The translations under genes and the position numbers were made by a program. A DNA stretch of 64,000 nucleotides, taken from NCBI GenBank assembly GCA_963773065.1, contig CAVYZN010000005.1, positions 96,001-160,000 on the forward strand, written 5' to 3'. The DNA comes from an uncultured Gammaproteobacteria bacterium. GTDB lineage: Bacteria; Pseudomonadota; Gammaproteobacteria; UBA9214. Numbering within the stretch: position 1 is the stretch's first letter; each line of letters starts with the position of its first letter. The notes under the pieces are model-generated. The model saw nothing but the letters and a program-made list of their open reading frames with translations, was not told where the DNA came from and did no database searches. Below are positions 1 through 9,932 of the stretch, one piece after another.

Positions 1-233
1 CCAGCATGCCGATAATCGTTTCGGTCTAAAAGCCGTGGACACCAATGGCTTACGCTACTGGACCTTCCGAAAATAGCCATGTCATTCACTGATTGACACA
101 TTGATTACAGTGAGGGTGTGTACTGGAGGTACGTGGACATGAGAGAAGAGCAAAGGCATGGCATGACATTTATGCAAGAGTGCGTGCAATTACAATCATC
201 CGGTTAAATCCTTTCAGATAAGGCGATTATCTC

Positions 234-668
234 ATGCGAATACCTCCCTTTCACCTGGCCATCAAGGTAAGCGATATCGCCGAAGCACGTGATTTCTACG
301 GGGGATTGCTGGGTTGCGAGGAAGGACGCAGCGCAGACACCTGGGTTGATTTCAATTTTTACGGACATCAACTGGTCTGCCATCTTTGCACACCTGTGCT
401 GACCGAGGATAGCGACAGAATACACTTCAACCCGGTAGACGGGCATACTGTTCCAGTTCCACATTTTGGTGTCGTGCTGGATATGGCACAATGGAACCAA
501 CTGGCCGAAAGACTCAAAGAAAACGGCATGCATTTCGTCATAGAACCGTACCTAAGATTCAAGGGTCTTCCGGGCGAACAAGCCACGATGTTTTTCCTGG
601 ATCCAAGCGGCAACGCATTAGAATTCAAGGCGTTTAAAGATATCGATTCCCAGTTGTTCAATAAATAA
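234..668 (+). CDS. VOC family protein (glyoxalase/bleomycin resistance/dioxygenase)
   Basis: [26 protein letters not shown] and [12 protein letters not shown] motifs typical of the small VOC family. Confidence 0.9.
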   Translation: MRIPPFHLAIKVSDIAEARDFYGGLLGCEEGRSADTWVDFNFYGHQLVCHLCTPVLTEDSDRIHFNPVDGHTVPVPHFGVVLDMAQWNQLAERLKENGMHFVIEPYLRFKGLPGEQATMFFLDPSGNALEFKAFKDIDSQLFNK

Positions 669-938
669 TGAGGATGCTGTAAGAAATCGTGGACCCTTAT
701 CGGTATCCCTCTGTTCCTGCCGCTTTCCCATCCCTGATCCCCTGAAAATCGTTGCGTCAAAAACCGACTGACACGTACTTGCAACTGTTTCACACCATAT
801 CGCTTCTCCATAAACAAGGGTCTATAGTGAAATTGTCGATTCAATTCATGGTGTCTGTCATGTTCTACTAACATTTTCGATCTGCAACCCGTCATCAATC
901 GGAGATATCGGGAAACCGGTGATTGCAGGTGTAACACT

Positions 939-1604
939 ATGCGCTATGCGATTTATCTACTGATCGTCATGAACTGTGTCTATTTCACCTGGCATGTCTT
1001 CCAGGATGTACCGGAAAACAGAGTCATCCGTGTTCCATCCCCCTCGCCACCGGATATCAGGCAGCTGGTGACCATTCAGGAAAAAAATGCGCGACAGTCA
1101 TCTGAAGTAACCAGGCGCATCGAAGAGATAACCGTAACGCAACCGCCTGGCGCGGAAATGCCGCTGTTCTGTCAAGCCCTCGGCCCGTTTGCAACGGAGT
1201 CGGAACTGAAGGTAATCGAAAATCGCCTTAACAAGCTTGGGTTGGCAACCAAGCCGCGTACCCGATACAGTCAGGAACGGATTGGTTACACCGTCTTGTT
1301 GCCGGCCATGGAATATGAAGAGGCATTGCAGATCAAGCGCAGGCTGGATCAGGAAAATATCACGCCCAATTTTATCGACAAGCATAATGTGATCTCTCTC
1401 GGGAGCTTCAGGGAGAAGTCACAAGCAGAAAAAAGGTTCATGAGTGCTCTTGCGCTCGGGCTGGATCCACACCTTGAACCAAGCTATGCCAAGCGCAGCA
1501 CCTACTGGCTGGAGTTCCAGGAGCAAAATAACAAGAAAGCCGGTTTAGAAGGATACATGAGCAAGCACCCCGATCTGCGATTGGAAGAAATTGCCTGTGA
1601 GTAA
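939..1604 (+). CDS. SPOR domain-containing protein
   Basis: N-terminal membrane anchor, CQALGPF and VISLGSFREKSQAE SPOR-like motifs, C-terminal Cys. Confidence 0.75.
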   Translation: MRYAIYLLIVMNCVYFTWHVFQDVPENRVIRVPSPSPPDIRQLVTIQEKNARQSSEVTRRIEEITVTQPPGAEMPLFCQALGPFATESELKVIENRLNKLGLATKPRTRYSQERIGYTVLLPAMEYEEALQIKRRLDQENITPNFIDKHNVISLGSFREKSQAEKRFMSALALGLDPHLEPSYAKRSTYWLEFQEQNNKKAGLEGYMSKHPDLRLEEIACE

Positions 1605-1736
1605 GAGAAGATGTGTCATCTCTTGCCGTCAGGACATCACTGTTTCCATGTCTTCTATATTCCCTTCGACACGGCCTTATTTGTTTGATTGGAACGACAA
1701 GAAGATTGGCGTGATTAGATGCATACATCAGTCCGG

Positions 1737-3962
1737 TTAAACCTTTCGCCGCGCTTCCACCACGTTGGGCAATTGTCCGATTTGCGTGAGTACACGGCTC
1801 AACTGATTTATGTTCGCAATCTCCATCGTCAGATTCATACGTGCAATACCATCACGCTTGTCAGTCAATGTGTTCACGCCGGTTAGATTGATCTTTTCAT
1901 TGGCCAGCACGGCTGTTATGTCGCGCAGCAGCCCTGAACGGTCATAGGCTTGCACGAAGAGTTCCACGGTGTAACCTGCCTCCGACGGTACACCCCATTC
2001 CACCTCGATAAGGCGCTTCAGGTCCTCGCCATCCATGCGCAGGATATTGCTACAGTCCCGGCGGTGGATCGTGACTCCGCGCCCGCGGGTGATGTAGCCC
2101 ACGATGGGATCATTGGGTACCGGGTGGCAGCACCTGGCAGTGCTGGTCAACAGGTTGCCGACCCCCAGAATCCTGAAACCTTCAGGCACGGAAGGCGGTT
2201 TCCGGGTTTTGACCCGTGCCTTCTCGGCGGTAGCAGGTTCCGGCCTTGGCACCAGTTCATTGACCGCGTTGGCCAGTTGACTGGTGTTGATGTCACCGCG
2301 GCCAAGCGCATCCAGAAAATCGTCCACCTGCTTGTGCTTGAACCATCCGGCGAGCTTCTCGACCGGCAGGCCGGTAATGCCAAGACGATGCAATTCACGG
2401 TCAAGCAGGCTACGCCCGGCGCTGATGTTGTGCTCGACGTCCTGACGCTTGAACCATTGGCGCACGCGCGATCTGGCGCGCGATGTCTTCAGGTAACCCT
2501 GGTGCGGATTCATCCAATCGCGACTGGGCATCCCCTGCTTGGTCGTCAGCACCTCGACCTGCTCGCCATTCTGTAGCTGGTAGGTCAGCGGGACGATGCG
2601 TCCGTTGACCTTGGCGCCCCGGCAGCGGTGTCCGATCTCCGTATGTACGGCGTAGGCGAAATCGAGCGGTGTTGATCCCTGGGGCAGATCGATGATCCTG
2701 CCTTGCGGTGTCAGCACATAGATCCGTTCCTGGAATGCCTCGGATTTGAAGCGGTCGACGAAATCATTGGCGGTACTCTCCTCATCACGCCACTCCAGCA
2801 ACTGCCGCAGCCAGGCAATCTTTTCCTCATAACCGGGATCGAAACTGCCGCCTTCCTTGTAACGCCAGTGGGCCGCCACACCGAGTTCCGCGTGGCGGTG
2901 CATTTTCTCGGTGCGGATCTGCACTTCCAGGGTGCGTCCTTCCGGTCCAATCACGGCGGTATGCAGGGAGCGGTACAGATTCTCCTTGGGATTGGCGATG
3001 TAATCGTCGAATTCCCTGGCGATATGACGCCAGAGACCATGGACGACACCAAGGGCGCCGTAACAGTCGCGTTCTTCTTTCACCAGGATACGCACCGCCC
3101 GCATGTCGAAGATCTGGTCGAAATCGAGATGCTTGCGTTGCATCTTGCGCCAGATACTGTAAAGATGTTTCGGCCGGCCGCTGACCACAGCCTCGATACC
3201 GGCTTGTTTCAGCTCTGTGGTCAGGCGCTCGATGACGCGCTTGATATAGTCCTCTCGATTGGTGCGTTTCTCATCGAGCTGCGTAGCCAGTTCCTTGTAT
3301 ACCTCGGGTTCGAGGTAACGCAGTGACAGGTCCTCGAGTTCCCACTTGATCTGCCAGATGCCCAGACGATTGGCGAGTGGCGCATAGATATCCAGGGTCT
3401 CCCGGGCGATGCGGCGCCGGCGATCTTCGTCCAGGTGTCTCAAGGTGCGCATGTTGTGCAGACGGTCCGCCAGCTTGATCAGCACCACCCGCACATCCTC
3501 GGCCATGGCCAGCAGCAACTTGCGCAGGCTCTCGGCCTGTGAATGCTCCTTGCCCCCTTCCTGACCAAGTTCCCGGAATTCGCCGATCCGCTCCATCTTG
3601 GTGACACCATCCACCAGGCGGGCGATCACCGGACCAAACTCCCTCTCGACATCATCCAGCGTGATATCCGTATCCTCGATCACGTCATGCAGCATGGCCG
3701 CGGCGATGGTTTCGTAGTCCAGCTTGAGGTCGTTGAGAATTTCGGCCACGGCCAGCGCGTGGTGGTAATAGGGTTCCCCGGAGGCGCGTTGCTGTCCCTG
3801 GTGCGCCTCGATGGCCCATTGCGCCGCGTTCAAAAGCACTTGCCTTTCAACCGCTGGATGACGATCCAGCAGGGCAAGCAACCTTGGGTCCGACTCCGCG
3901 CTCACTGCCGCAGATTTGTCACCCTCTGGTTTCCTCGACACTTTCATAACGTTGCCCATCAC
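1737..3962 (-). CDS. relA: GTP pyrophosphokinase RelA (long RSH)
   Basis: HD region (LHDVIED), synthetase EFDDYIANPK/YRSLHT, RLGIWQIKWELED, TGS (TPLDFAYAVHT), ZFD (CCHPVPND), ACT domain. Confidence 0.92.
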   Translation of the reverse strand: MMGNVMKVSRKPEGDKSAAVSAESDPRLLALLDRHPAVERQVLLNAAQWAIEAHQGQQRASGEPYYHHALAVAEILNDLKLDYETIAAAMLHDVIEDTDITLDDVEREFGPVIARLVDGVTKMERIGEFRELGQEGGKEHSQAESLRKLLLAMAEDVRVVLIKLADRLHNMRTLRHLDEDRRRRIARETLDIYAPLANRLGIWQIKWELEDLSLRYLEPEVYKELATQLDEKRTNREDYIKRVIERLTTELKQAGIEAVVSGRPKHLYSIWRKMQRKHLDFDQIFDMRAVRILVKEERDCYGALGVVHGLWRHIAREFDDYIANPKENLYRSLHTAVIGPEGRTLEVQIRTEKMHRHAELGVAAHWRYKEGGSFDPGYEEKIAWLRQLLEWRDEESTANDFVDRFKSEAFQERIYVLTPQGRIIDLPQGSTPLDFAYAVHTEIGHRCRGAKVNGRIVPLTYQLQNGEQVEVLTTKQGMPSRDWMNPHQGYLKTSRARSRVRQWFKRQDVEHNISAGRSLLDRELHRLGITGLPVEKLAGWFKHKQVDDFLDALGRGDINTSQLANAVNELVPRPEPATAEKARVKTRKPPSVPEGFRILGVGNLLTSTARCCHPVPNDPIVGYITRGRGVTIHRRDCSNILRMDGEDLKRLIEVEWGVPSEAGYTVELFVQAYDRSGLLRDITAVLANEKINLTGVNTLTDKRDGIARMNLTMEIANINQLSRVLTQIGQLPNVVEARRKV

Positions 3963-4173
3963 GCGGATAAATTTGTTAATGCATTTAGCTATAAAATATC
4001 ACTAACGCCTGGAACAAGTGGATAAAACTCCGACTTGCGCCTTCGCAGTCGTGCACTGATCACGATTTTCCACAGAACACAGAGTAAATCCAAACGTCAG
4101 TGCCATGAGTCTCATAGGGTGATGATTTTTCAATTCAGGTATCAGGCAGTATAACGTCAGCGACTTGCGATAG

Positions 4174-4282
4174 TGTCGAAATCATTTACATGATTGATTA
4201 CCTAAGTAACCGAAGTTATGTATCTGTAATACCTATATAAAATAGTATTTCTGAGCAATTGATAATGTCGAATTTCCTTTCA
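4174..4282 (+). promoter_or_regulatory. Two enhancer-like TGT-N11-(A/T)CA boxes (PrsR-type activator sites)
   Basis: TGTCGAAATCATTTACA (4174-4190) and TGTCGAATTTCCTTTCA (4266-4282), both identical in copy 2 and upstream of a sigma-54 promoter of a PEP-CTERM gene. Confidence 0.65.
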
Positions 4283-4346
4283 GATCGATACTAGGTATTA
4301 TTACGTATACGTTGATAAGTTATTGTTTTCACGTATGTATAAATAT

Positions 4347-4361
4347 TGGCGTGGGTATTGC
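4347..4361 (+). promoter_or_regulatory. Sigma-54 (-24/-12) promoter
   Basis: TGGCGTGGGTATTGC with GG and GC 12 nt apart; conserved in copy 2; IHF-like TAAGTTATTGTTTT just upstream. Confidence 0.8.
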
Positions 4362-4474
4362 TTAAGTTAAGTGGCAAAACTACGTCGTCAGTGGTTGCAA
4401 GCCAATAATCAAGCCACTGACGAATTAGTACAAAAGAATTAATTAATAATTGTTGAATTTACGGAGACTACATA

Positions 4475-5206
4475 ATGAGACCAACTACGCCAGTAAAGGC
4501 GGCGACAGCCGTGCTGTTGGCAGCGGGAATATTCGGTGCATCAGCCGCGAACGCTGCCTCTGTTAGTTATTTTCTGGATCAGACAAATACCGACCCGCCA
4601 TTCAGTGATGGTACCAATTACCTGATTGTCACCATTGACGATAATCAGGCTGGTGGACTAATTAGATTTACCGTTGATGCGATTGACGCTCAGTTTAATA
4701 AACTTACAAGTTTTGGTATTCAGAACTTCGCATTCAACATCACGGTGATTCGACCGTTTTACCCGATGGCCCCAATGCCGCATGGATCCTGCCGGCCAAT
4801 TGGAGCGCACACGGTAGCACCGCCACCCCAAACGGCTGACGGTTTCGGCCAATTTGAAGTGGAATTGAGTACCTCTGGTGCGGCTGACCGTCAGGACCCT
4901 CTGGTCTTTTCGATCGATGTGGCCGGCGACACTATCAATTCTTATTTTGCACCGTCTACGGGGGGTGCCGTTCAAGGTAACGCTTGGTTTGCGGCCCATG
5001 TGGCGGGTTTCACGACAGGCCTTGGAGAAGGTGGTTGTACACCAATCAACGGTACCACTTGCAAGGAAGTTACCAGTGCCTGGTTTGGTGGGGGTAATGG
5101 TGAATAATTCCCACCAAATGCAGTTCCCCTCCCGGCAGCCGTCTGGCTGTTCGGTTCCGGTTTGGTTGGTATGATCGGTATCGCGCGCAGGAGAAAGACT
5201 GGCTAA
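4475..5206 (+). CDS. VPLPA-CTERM (PEP-CTERM-like) sorting-domain protein, interrupted by in-frame TAA at 5105-5107
   Basis: Signal peptide (AANA). The same frame continues after the stop as FPPNAVPLPAAVWLFGSGLVGMIGIARRRKTG*. A probable compensated frameshift lies near 4745-4810. Confidence 0.85.
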
Positions 5207-5246
5207 ATCCGGTCAATCCATTCCAATAACCAATAACAATTAATTC

Positions 5247-5279
5247 AAAGGGGATGCCTCGGCATCCCTTTATTTTTTC
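5247..5279 (+). terminator. Rho-independent terminator
   Basis: AAAGGGGATGCC-TC-GGCATCCCTTT followed by ATTTTTT. Confidence 0.8.
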
Positions 5280-5455
5280 TCCAAAATTTGACGAAAAGAT
5301 ATTAAGAGACATCACCACCCCCTGAACAGGGATGATCGACAGCACGGTCTATGTCGTGGAATCCGGAAACTTCGAATTCATCCACAACCATTTGGCCTAT
5401 GCCTTGATCGAAGATATCAAGAAAGACACTTGAGCCGGGCGCCTTCCGGCGCTAA

Positions 5456-7462
5456 CCAACTTAGCGGATTCGCCCTAGATTTTCGTGATTTTTCGCGTAC
5501 CGCTTCGCACAAGTGATTGATCGGTATGTAGGCTCTTGGGAGGGATCGCCCGAAAACCGCTGTAGTGCAGACCTGGCTTGTTCCCCGCGGCAAAACGGTG
5601 TGGATAATGGGGTGCCATGTTTCTGCGTGCGAGCACCGCAAGAAGGATGGCAAGACGCACCGCTACTGGAGCGTCGTCGAGAATCGACGCCTCGCCAATG
5701 GGCGCGTGCTGCAACGGCACGTGCTGTACCTGGGCGAGATCACCGATTCCCAGGAGCGTGCGTGGCGCCGTTCGATCGAGGTGTTGGACGAGCGTGAGGG
5801 CACAGCGCGCACGCTCGCACTGCTTCCCGAGGATCGCTGTGAGGGGCTGAGCGAGGATGCCGCGGTGGTGCGGCTGTGCCTGTCGCAACTGCGATTGTGC
5901 CGGCCGCGGCAGTGGGGCGCGGTGTGGTTGGCGTGGCGGCTTTGGCAGCAGTTGGGGCTCGATGCGTTCTGGGGGGTGCGGTTGAGCAAGAGCCGCAAGG
6001 GGACGCGCTGGGATCAGGTGCTGTTCGTGCTGGTCGCCTATCGGCTGCTCGCCCCGGGCAGCGAGTGGCGACTGCACCGGGAGTGGTTGAGCGTAGCGCG
6101 CTCGCCGATTTGCTCGGAGCCGACGCGAGGCTTGCCGACATCCACACGCTCTATGCGTGTCACGACCGCTTGCTCGCGCACAAGACGGCGGTGTTTGATC
6201 ATCTGGTGCGCCGCTGGCGCGATCTGTTCAACGTCGAATTCGACGTGCTGCTCTATGACCTGACCAGCACCTACTTCGAAGCCAATCCGCCGTTCGATGA
6301 CGACGACAAGCGCAGATTCGGCTACTCGCGCGACAAGCGCTCGGACTGCGTGCAGGTTGTCATCGCGCTGGTGGTGACGCCCGAAGGCCTGCCGCTGGCC
6401 TACGAGGTGCTACCGGGCAACACTGCCGACAAAACCACCTTGCGCGACTTTCTCGATCGCATCGAACGCCAGTACGGCAAGGCGCGACGCGTGTGGGTGA
6501 TGGATCGCGGCATCCCGACGGAGGAGACGCTCGCACAGATGCGCCACTGCGATCCGCCGGTGTACTACCTGGTCGGCACGCCCAAGGGCCGCTTGTCGAA
6601 GCTGGAGAAGGAGCTGCTCTTCAAACCTGGCACGAGGCGCGGCCCGGCGTGCAGGTGAAGCTCCTCGCACAGGAGGGCGAGATGTACGTCTTCGCCCAAA
6701 GCCATGACCGGATCGCGAAAGAGCGCGCGATGCGCACCCGCCAGCTCAAGCGCTTGTGGGCGCGACTGAAGCAGCTCTCGACGATGAAGCTCAGCCGCGA
6801 GGCGCTGCTGATGAAACTGGGCGCGGCACGCAGCCAGTCGCCCTCGGCGTGGCGCCTGGTTGAGGTGCAGGTTCACGAACACGAGGGCGCCTTCACCTAC
6901 GCGCTGCGCCGCGACAAGCTGCGCGCACGGCGTCGCCGCGAAGGCCGCTATCTGCTGCGCACCAATCTCACCGGGAGCGACCCTGCCGAACTGTGGCGTT
7001 ACTACATCCAGCTCGTGCAGGTCGAAGAGGCGTTCAAGACTCTCAAGGGCGATCTCGCCATCCGCCCGATCTTCCATCAGCAGGAGAGCCGCATCGAGGC
7101 GCACGTCTTTATCGCCTTCCTGGCCTACTGCCTGCACGCGACATTGACGCAGCAGCTACGCCCGCACGCGCGCGGACTGACCGCGCGCAGCGTGCTCGAG
7201 AAGTTTGCCGCTGTGCAGATGATCGATGTGCGCATCCCCACGACCGATGGACGCGAAGTCGTGCTGACGCGCTACACCGAGCCCGAGCGTGATCTGAAGC
7301 TGCTGCTCGATCGCCTGCGCATCGAACTGCCGGCCCAACCACCGCCCCGGATCACCACGGCTCAGGCCGAGACAGCCGTCCGCGTGTAGTGCAGACTTTC
7401 GAGGGTCCGTTCATATGGATCAATGAGTTGGCGCGCCCGACACGCTGAATCCGCTAAGTTGG
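5456..7462 (+). mobile_element. IS1634-family insertion sequence with intact ends
   Basis: 16 bp perfect TIR CCAACTTAGCGGATTC (5456-5471) / GAATCCGCTAAGTTGG (7447-7462); 5 bp target duplication GCTAA (5451-5455, 7463-7467); DDE transposase inside. Confidence 0.92.
5617..7389 (+). CDS. IS1634-family DDE transposase (split by about 3 frameshifts)
   Basis: MFLR...KKDGKTHRYWSVVEN, LYDLTSTYFE, GYSRDKRSDCVQV, VMDRG, VEEAFKTLKGDLAIRPIFHQ, RIEAHVFIAFLAY across ORFs 5617/5565/5876/6493. Confidence 0.9.
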
Positions 7463-7666
7463 GCTAATCCCCACCAAAGACCTGAACCACCCGCATAGCA
7501 TCCCTGCGGGTCCGTGTTTTGTGCTGTTGTTTACAGTATTGCATGCGTCTCCGTCGTTTTGTGACGCAGTACTCAGTTTTGAATCAACCTTCCAGGCAAG
7601 TTAACGATATAGATGGAGTAGGGACTCCATATTCTTTCCCTGTAGCAACCTCAAGGAGTAATCAGC

Positions 7667-9442
7667 ATGCGCTACAAACACCTTCTCCGGCTGGCGGTTG
7701 GGACACTGATCACCTGTATCCTACTTGCTTTCGGTGCCGCGGCAGTGGCGCGCAACAACCAATGGGCCGAGGGCCACATCCTGGTTAAACCCAGAGCGCA
7801 TGTCAGCGCCGGACAGTTTTCAGAAATGCTTGGCCGTTTTGGCGCCCAAAGTGTGGGCAAAATTCGTGCGCTTGAAGTCCATGTGGTAAAGGTCCCACCT
7901 CAGGCCGAACAGGCAATGGTAGAAGCCCTGTCACATAATCCCAATGTCGAGTTCGCCGAGGTGGACGCCCTGCATACCCCTGGTGAAACGACGGCAAATG
8001 ACACGTATTTCGGAAACGCCTGGCATCTCGATACCATGAATGCCCCCTTGGCCTGGGATCAATCTAAGGGCGACGGCATCGTGGTCGCCGTGCTGGATAG
8101 CGGCGTCGATCCGAATCATCCGGACCTGCAGGGACAGTTGGTGCCGGGCAGAAACATCTACGACGGCAATGATAACACCGCAGATGTCTATGGACATGGC
8201 ACAAACGTTGCCGGTGTCATCGCCGCCGACAGCAATAATGGCATCGGAGTCACATCACTGGCTTGGAATGCCAAGATCATGCCGGTGCGCATTAGCCAGT
8301 TAAACGGCTCAGCCTATTCCAGCACCATCGCCAGTGGACTGACTTGGGCCGCCGACCATGGCGCCAAAGTCGCCAACATCAGCTATGCGATTTCAGGCAG
8401 CAGTACCGTCATTACCGCCGCGCAATACATGCGCGGCAAGGGTGGAGTTGTCTGCTCTTCCGCCGGCAATGACGGAACCAATCTTTCAACTTTACCCACG
8501 GATGCCATCATCACCGTCTCGGCAACGGATTCGGGCGACAACCTCGCCAGTTGGTCGAGCTATGGTAATGTTGTCGATGTGGCTGCTCCCGGTGTCAACA
8601 TCTGGACTACCCTTAACGGCGGCGGTTACGGACCGGTCAGCGGCACATCGTTTTCAAGCCCCGCCACAGCGGCCGTCGTGGCGCTCGTCATGGCCCGTAA
8701 CCCCGCTCTCAGCCCTGCCCAAGTGGATGGCATCATTATGAATGCCAGCCTTGATCTGGGCACACCCGGCAAGGATGTCTATTTCGGGTATGGACGGGTA
8801 GATGCGGCGGCGGCTGTCTCAGCAGGCGGATCGAGTCCAGCACCCGATACCGAGCCACCGACGGTATCGATCACCAACCCGACCGGTGGTGGCTACGTTT
8901 CAGGAACTGTCCCTATCGCGGCGGTCGCTGCGGATAATAAGGGAGTAACCAGAGTCGATTTCTATATCGATGGCACCCGGGTCAGCAGTGATACATCTGC
9001 CCCCTACTCACTTAACTGGAACTCAACTGGTCATGCGAATGGCACGGCACAACTGCTTGCACGCGCCTACGACAGCGCCAACAATGAGGGTGTGTCACAG
9101 ACCGTGTCTATCATCGTGGACAATCAGGCTACTGTTACGGACACCGTGCCACCAACGGTTACCATTCTGAGCCCTAATACAACCACCGTGTCGGGCACCG
9201 TGCAGATCAGTGTTGCCGCATCCGACAACGTGGCTGTGGCACTGCTCCAATGCTATGTGGACAACAAGCTCATGGGGACAACAAATGCATCCAGCCTCAG
9301 CTGCAGTTGGAGCACGCGTAAGGTCGCGCCAGGATTACATACCATCAGCGCCAAGGCGGTAGATACATCAGCCAATGCAGCCACGACCGCAATCCAAGTG
9401 AATGTTGGCACGTCATCTAAGGGCGGATCGGGCAGACACTGA
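7667..9442 (+). CDS. Secreted S8 (subtilisin-like) serine peptidase with two C-terminal bacterial Ig-like domains
   Basis: Catalytic motifs VAVLDSG, HGTNVAG, GTSFSSP; signal peptide; two DT.PPTV.I..P Ig-like repeats. Confidence 0.93.
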   Translation: MRYKHLLRLAVGTLITCILLAFGAAAVARNNQWAEGHILVKPRAHVSAGQFSEMLGRFGAQSVGKIRALEVHVVKVPPQAEQAMVEALSHNPNVEFAEVDALHTPGETTANDTYFGNAWHLDTMNAPLAWDQSKGDGIVVAVLDSGVDPNHPDLQGQLVPGRNIYDGNDNTADVYGHGTNVAGVIAADSNNGIGVTSLAWNAKIMPVRISQLNGSAYSSTIASGLTWAADHGAKVANISYAISGSSTVITAAQYMRGKGGVVCSSAGNDGTNLSTLPTDAIITVSATDSGDNLASWSSYGNVVDVAAPGVNIWTTLNGGGYGPVSGTSFSSPATAAVVALVMARNPALSPAQVDGIIMNASLDLGTPGKDVYFGYGRVDAAAAVSAGGSSPAPDTEPPTVSITNPTGGGYVSGTVPIAAVAADNKGVTRVDFYIDGTRVSSDTSAPYSLNWNSTGHANGTAQLLARAYDSANNEGVSQTVSIIVDNQATVTDTVPPTVTILSPNTTTVSGTVQISVAASDNVAVALLQCYVDNKLMGTTNASSLSCSWSTRKVAPGLHTISAKAVDTSANAATTAIQVNVGTSSKGGSGRH

Positions 9443-9515
9443 CCGAGTTCCGGTGTTGTTAAGGGTTGTCAGATGACTGCCCCCAGCAGCAGGTATATCA
9501 GCGTACGCGAGCAGT

Positions 9516-9674
9516 TAAATGACCCCCGGCAAAGCCCGGGGTTTATTGGGTGAGCGCCTCAAAGGCGCTGATAACCCCGTGAGCCGCCTGAAGGCGGCAA
9601 ACTACTCCACCCAACTTCATCTGATCGTATCGTTCATCTTCGGCTTCCTGATAGCGAATGTACGCCCGCACCAT
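9516..9674 (-). mobile_element. IS200/IS605 remnant: tnpA 3' end plus terminal hairpins
   Basis: Minus strand reads MVRAYIRYQEAEDERYDQMKLGGV* (catalytic YIxxQ), then GC-rich hairpins ending CCCCGGGCTTTGCCGGGGGTCATTTA. Confidence 0.8.
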
Positions 9675-9932
9675 CGCCGCAGATGGACGACTGCATTGAT
9701 GCAGGCGGTAGGTCGACGCAGTAAGCCAAAGCCGAGGGCTTCGCGGTCACGTGCCCGCTCGCCCCGGATGCATCACGACTCCTATCCGGTTTTTATTCAT
9801 CGCCCCGCCGCTTCGGATTGGGCTTCCTCCAGACCCTGTCTCGCGGCGACGCCCTTGCCCTTCTCCTTCAGCTCTGCGTATACCTGGTCATAGGACTTAC
9901 ACCTATGAAGTAACACACCATGCGAGGCGCAC
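9675..9932 (-). mobile_element. Group II intron 5' remnant (domain I, class IIC-like), no RT ORF
   Basis: Minus strand starts GTGCGCCTCGCATGG, followed by GGTGTAAGTCC, GCAAGGGCGTC...TCTGGAGGAAGCC, GATGAATAAAAACCGGATA and CGCGAAGC, which resemble IIC domain I motifs. Confidence 0.75.

Larger units (their letters stand above)
4005..4477 (+). repeat. Copy 1 of a ~470 bp duplicated upstream module (copy 2 at 9933-10397)
   Basis: Colinear alignment by eye from ACGCYTGGAACAAG through TTTACGGAG...CATAATG, with long identical blocks such as GATAGTGTCGAAATCATTTACATGATTGATTAC. Confidence 0.95.

Noticed and set aside
160-176. Possible sigma-54 promoter TGGCATGACATTTATGC before the glyoxalase gene
   Set aside because: GG to GC spacing is 14 rather than 12.
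5332-5433. 33-codon ORF MIDSTVYVVESG... left of the IS
   Set aside because: Too short and no recognisable family; possibly a gene fragment.
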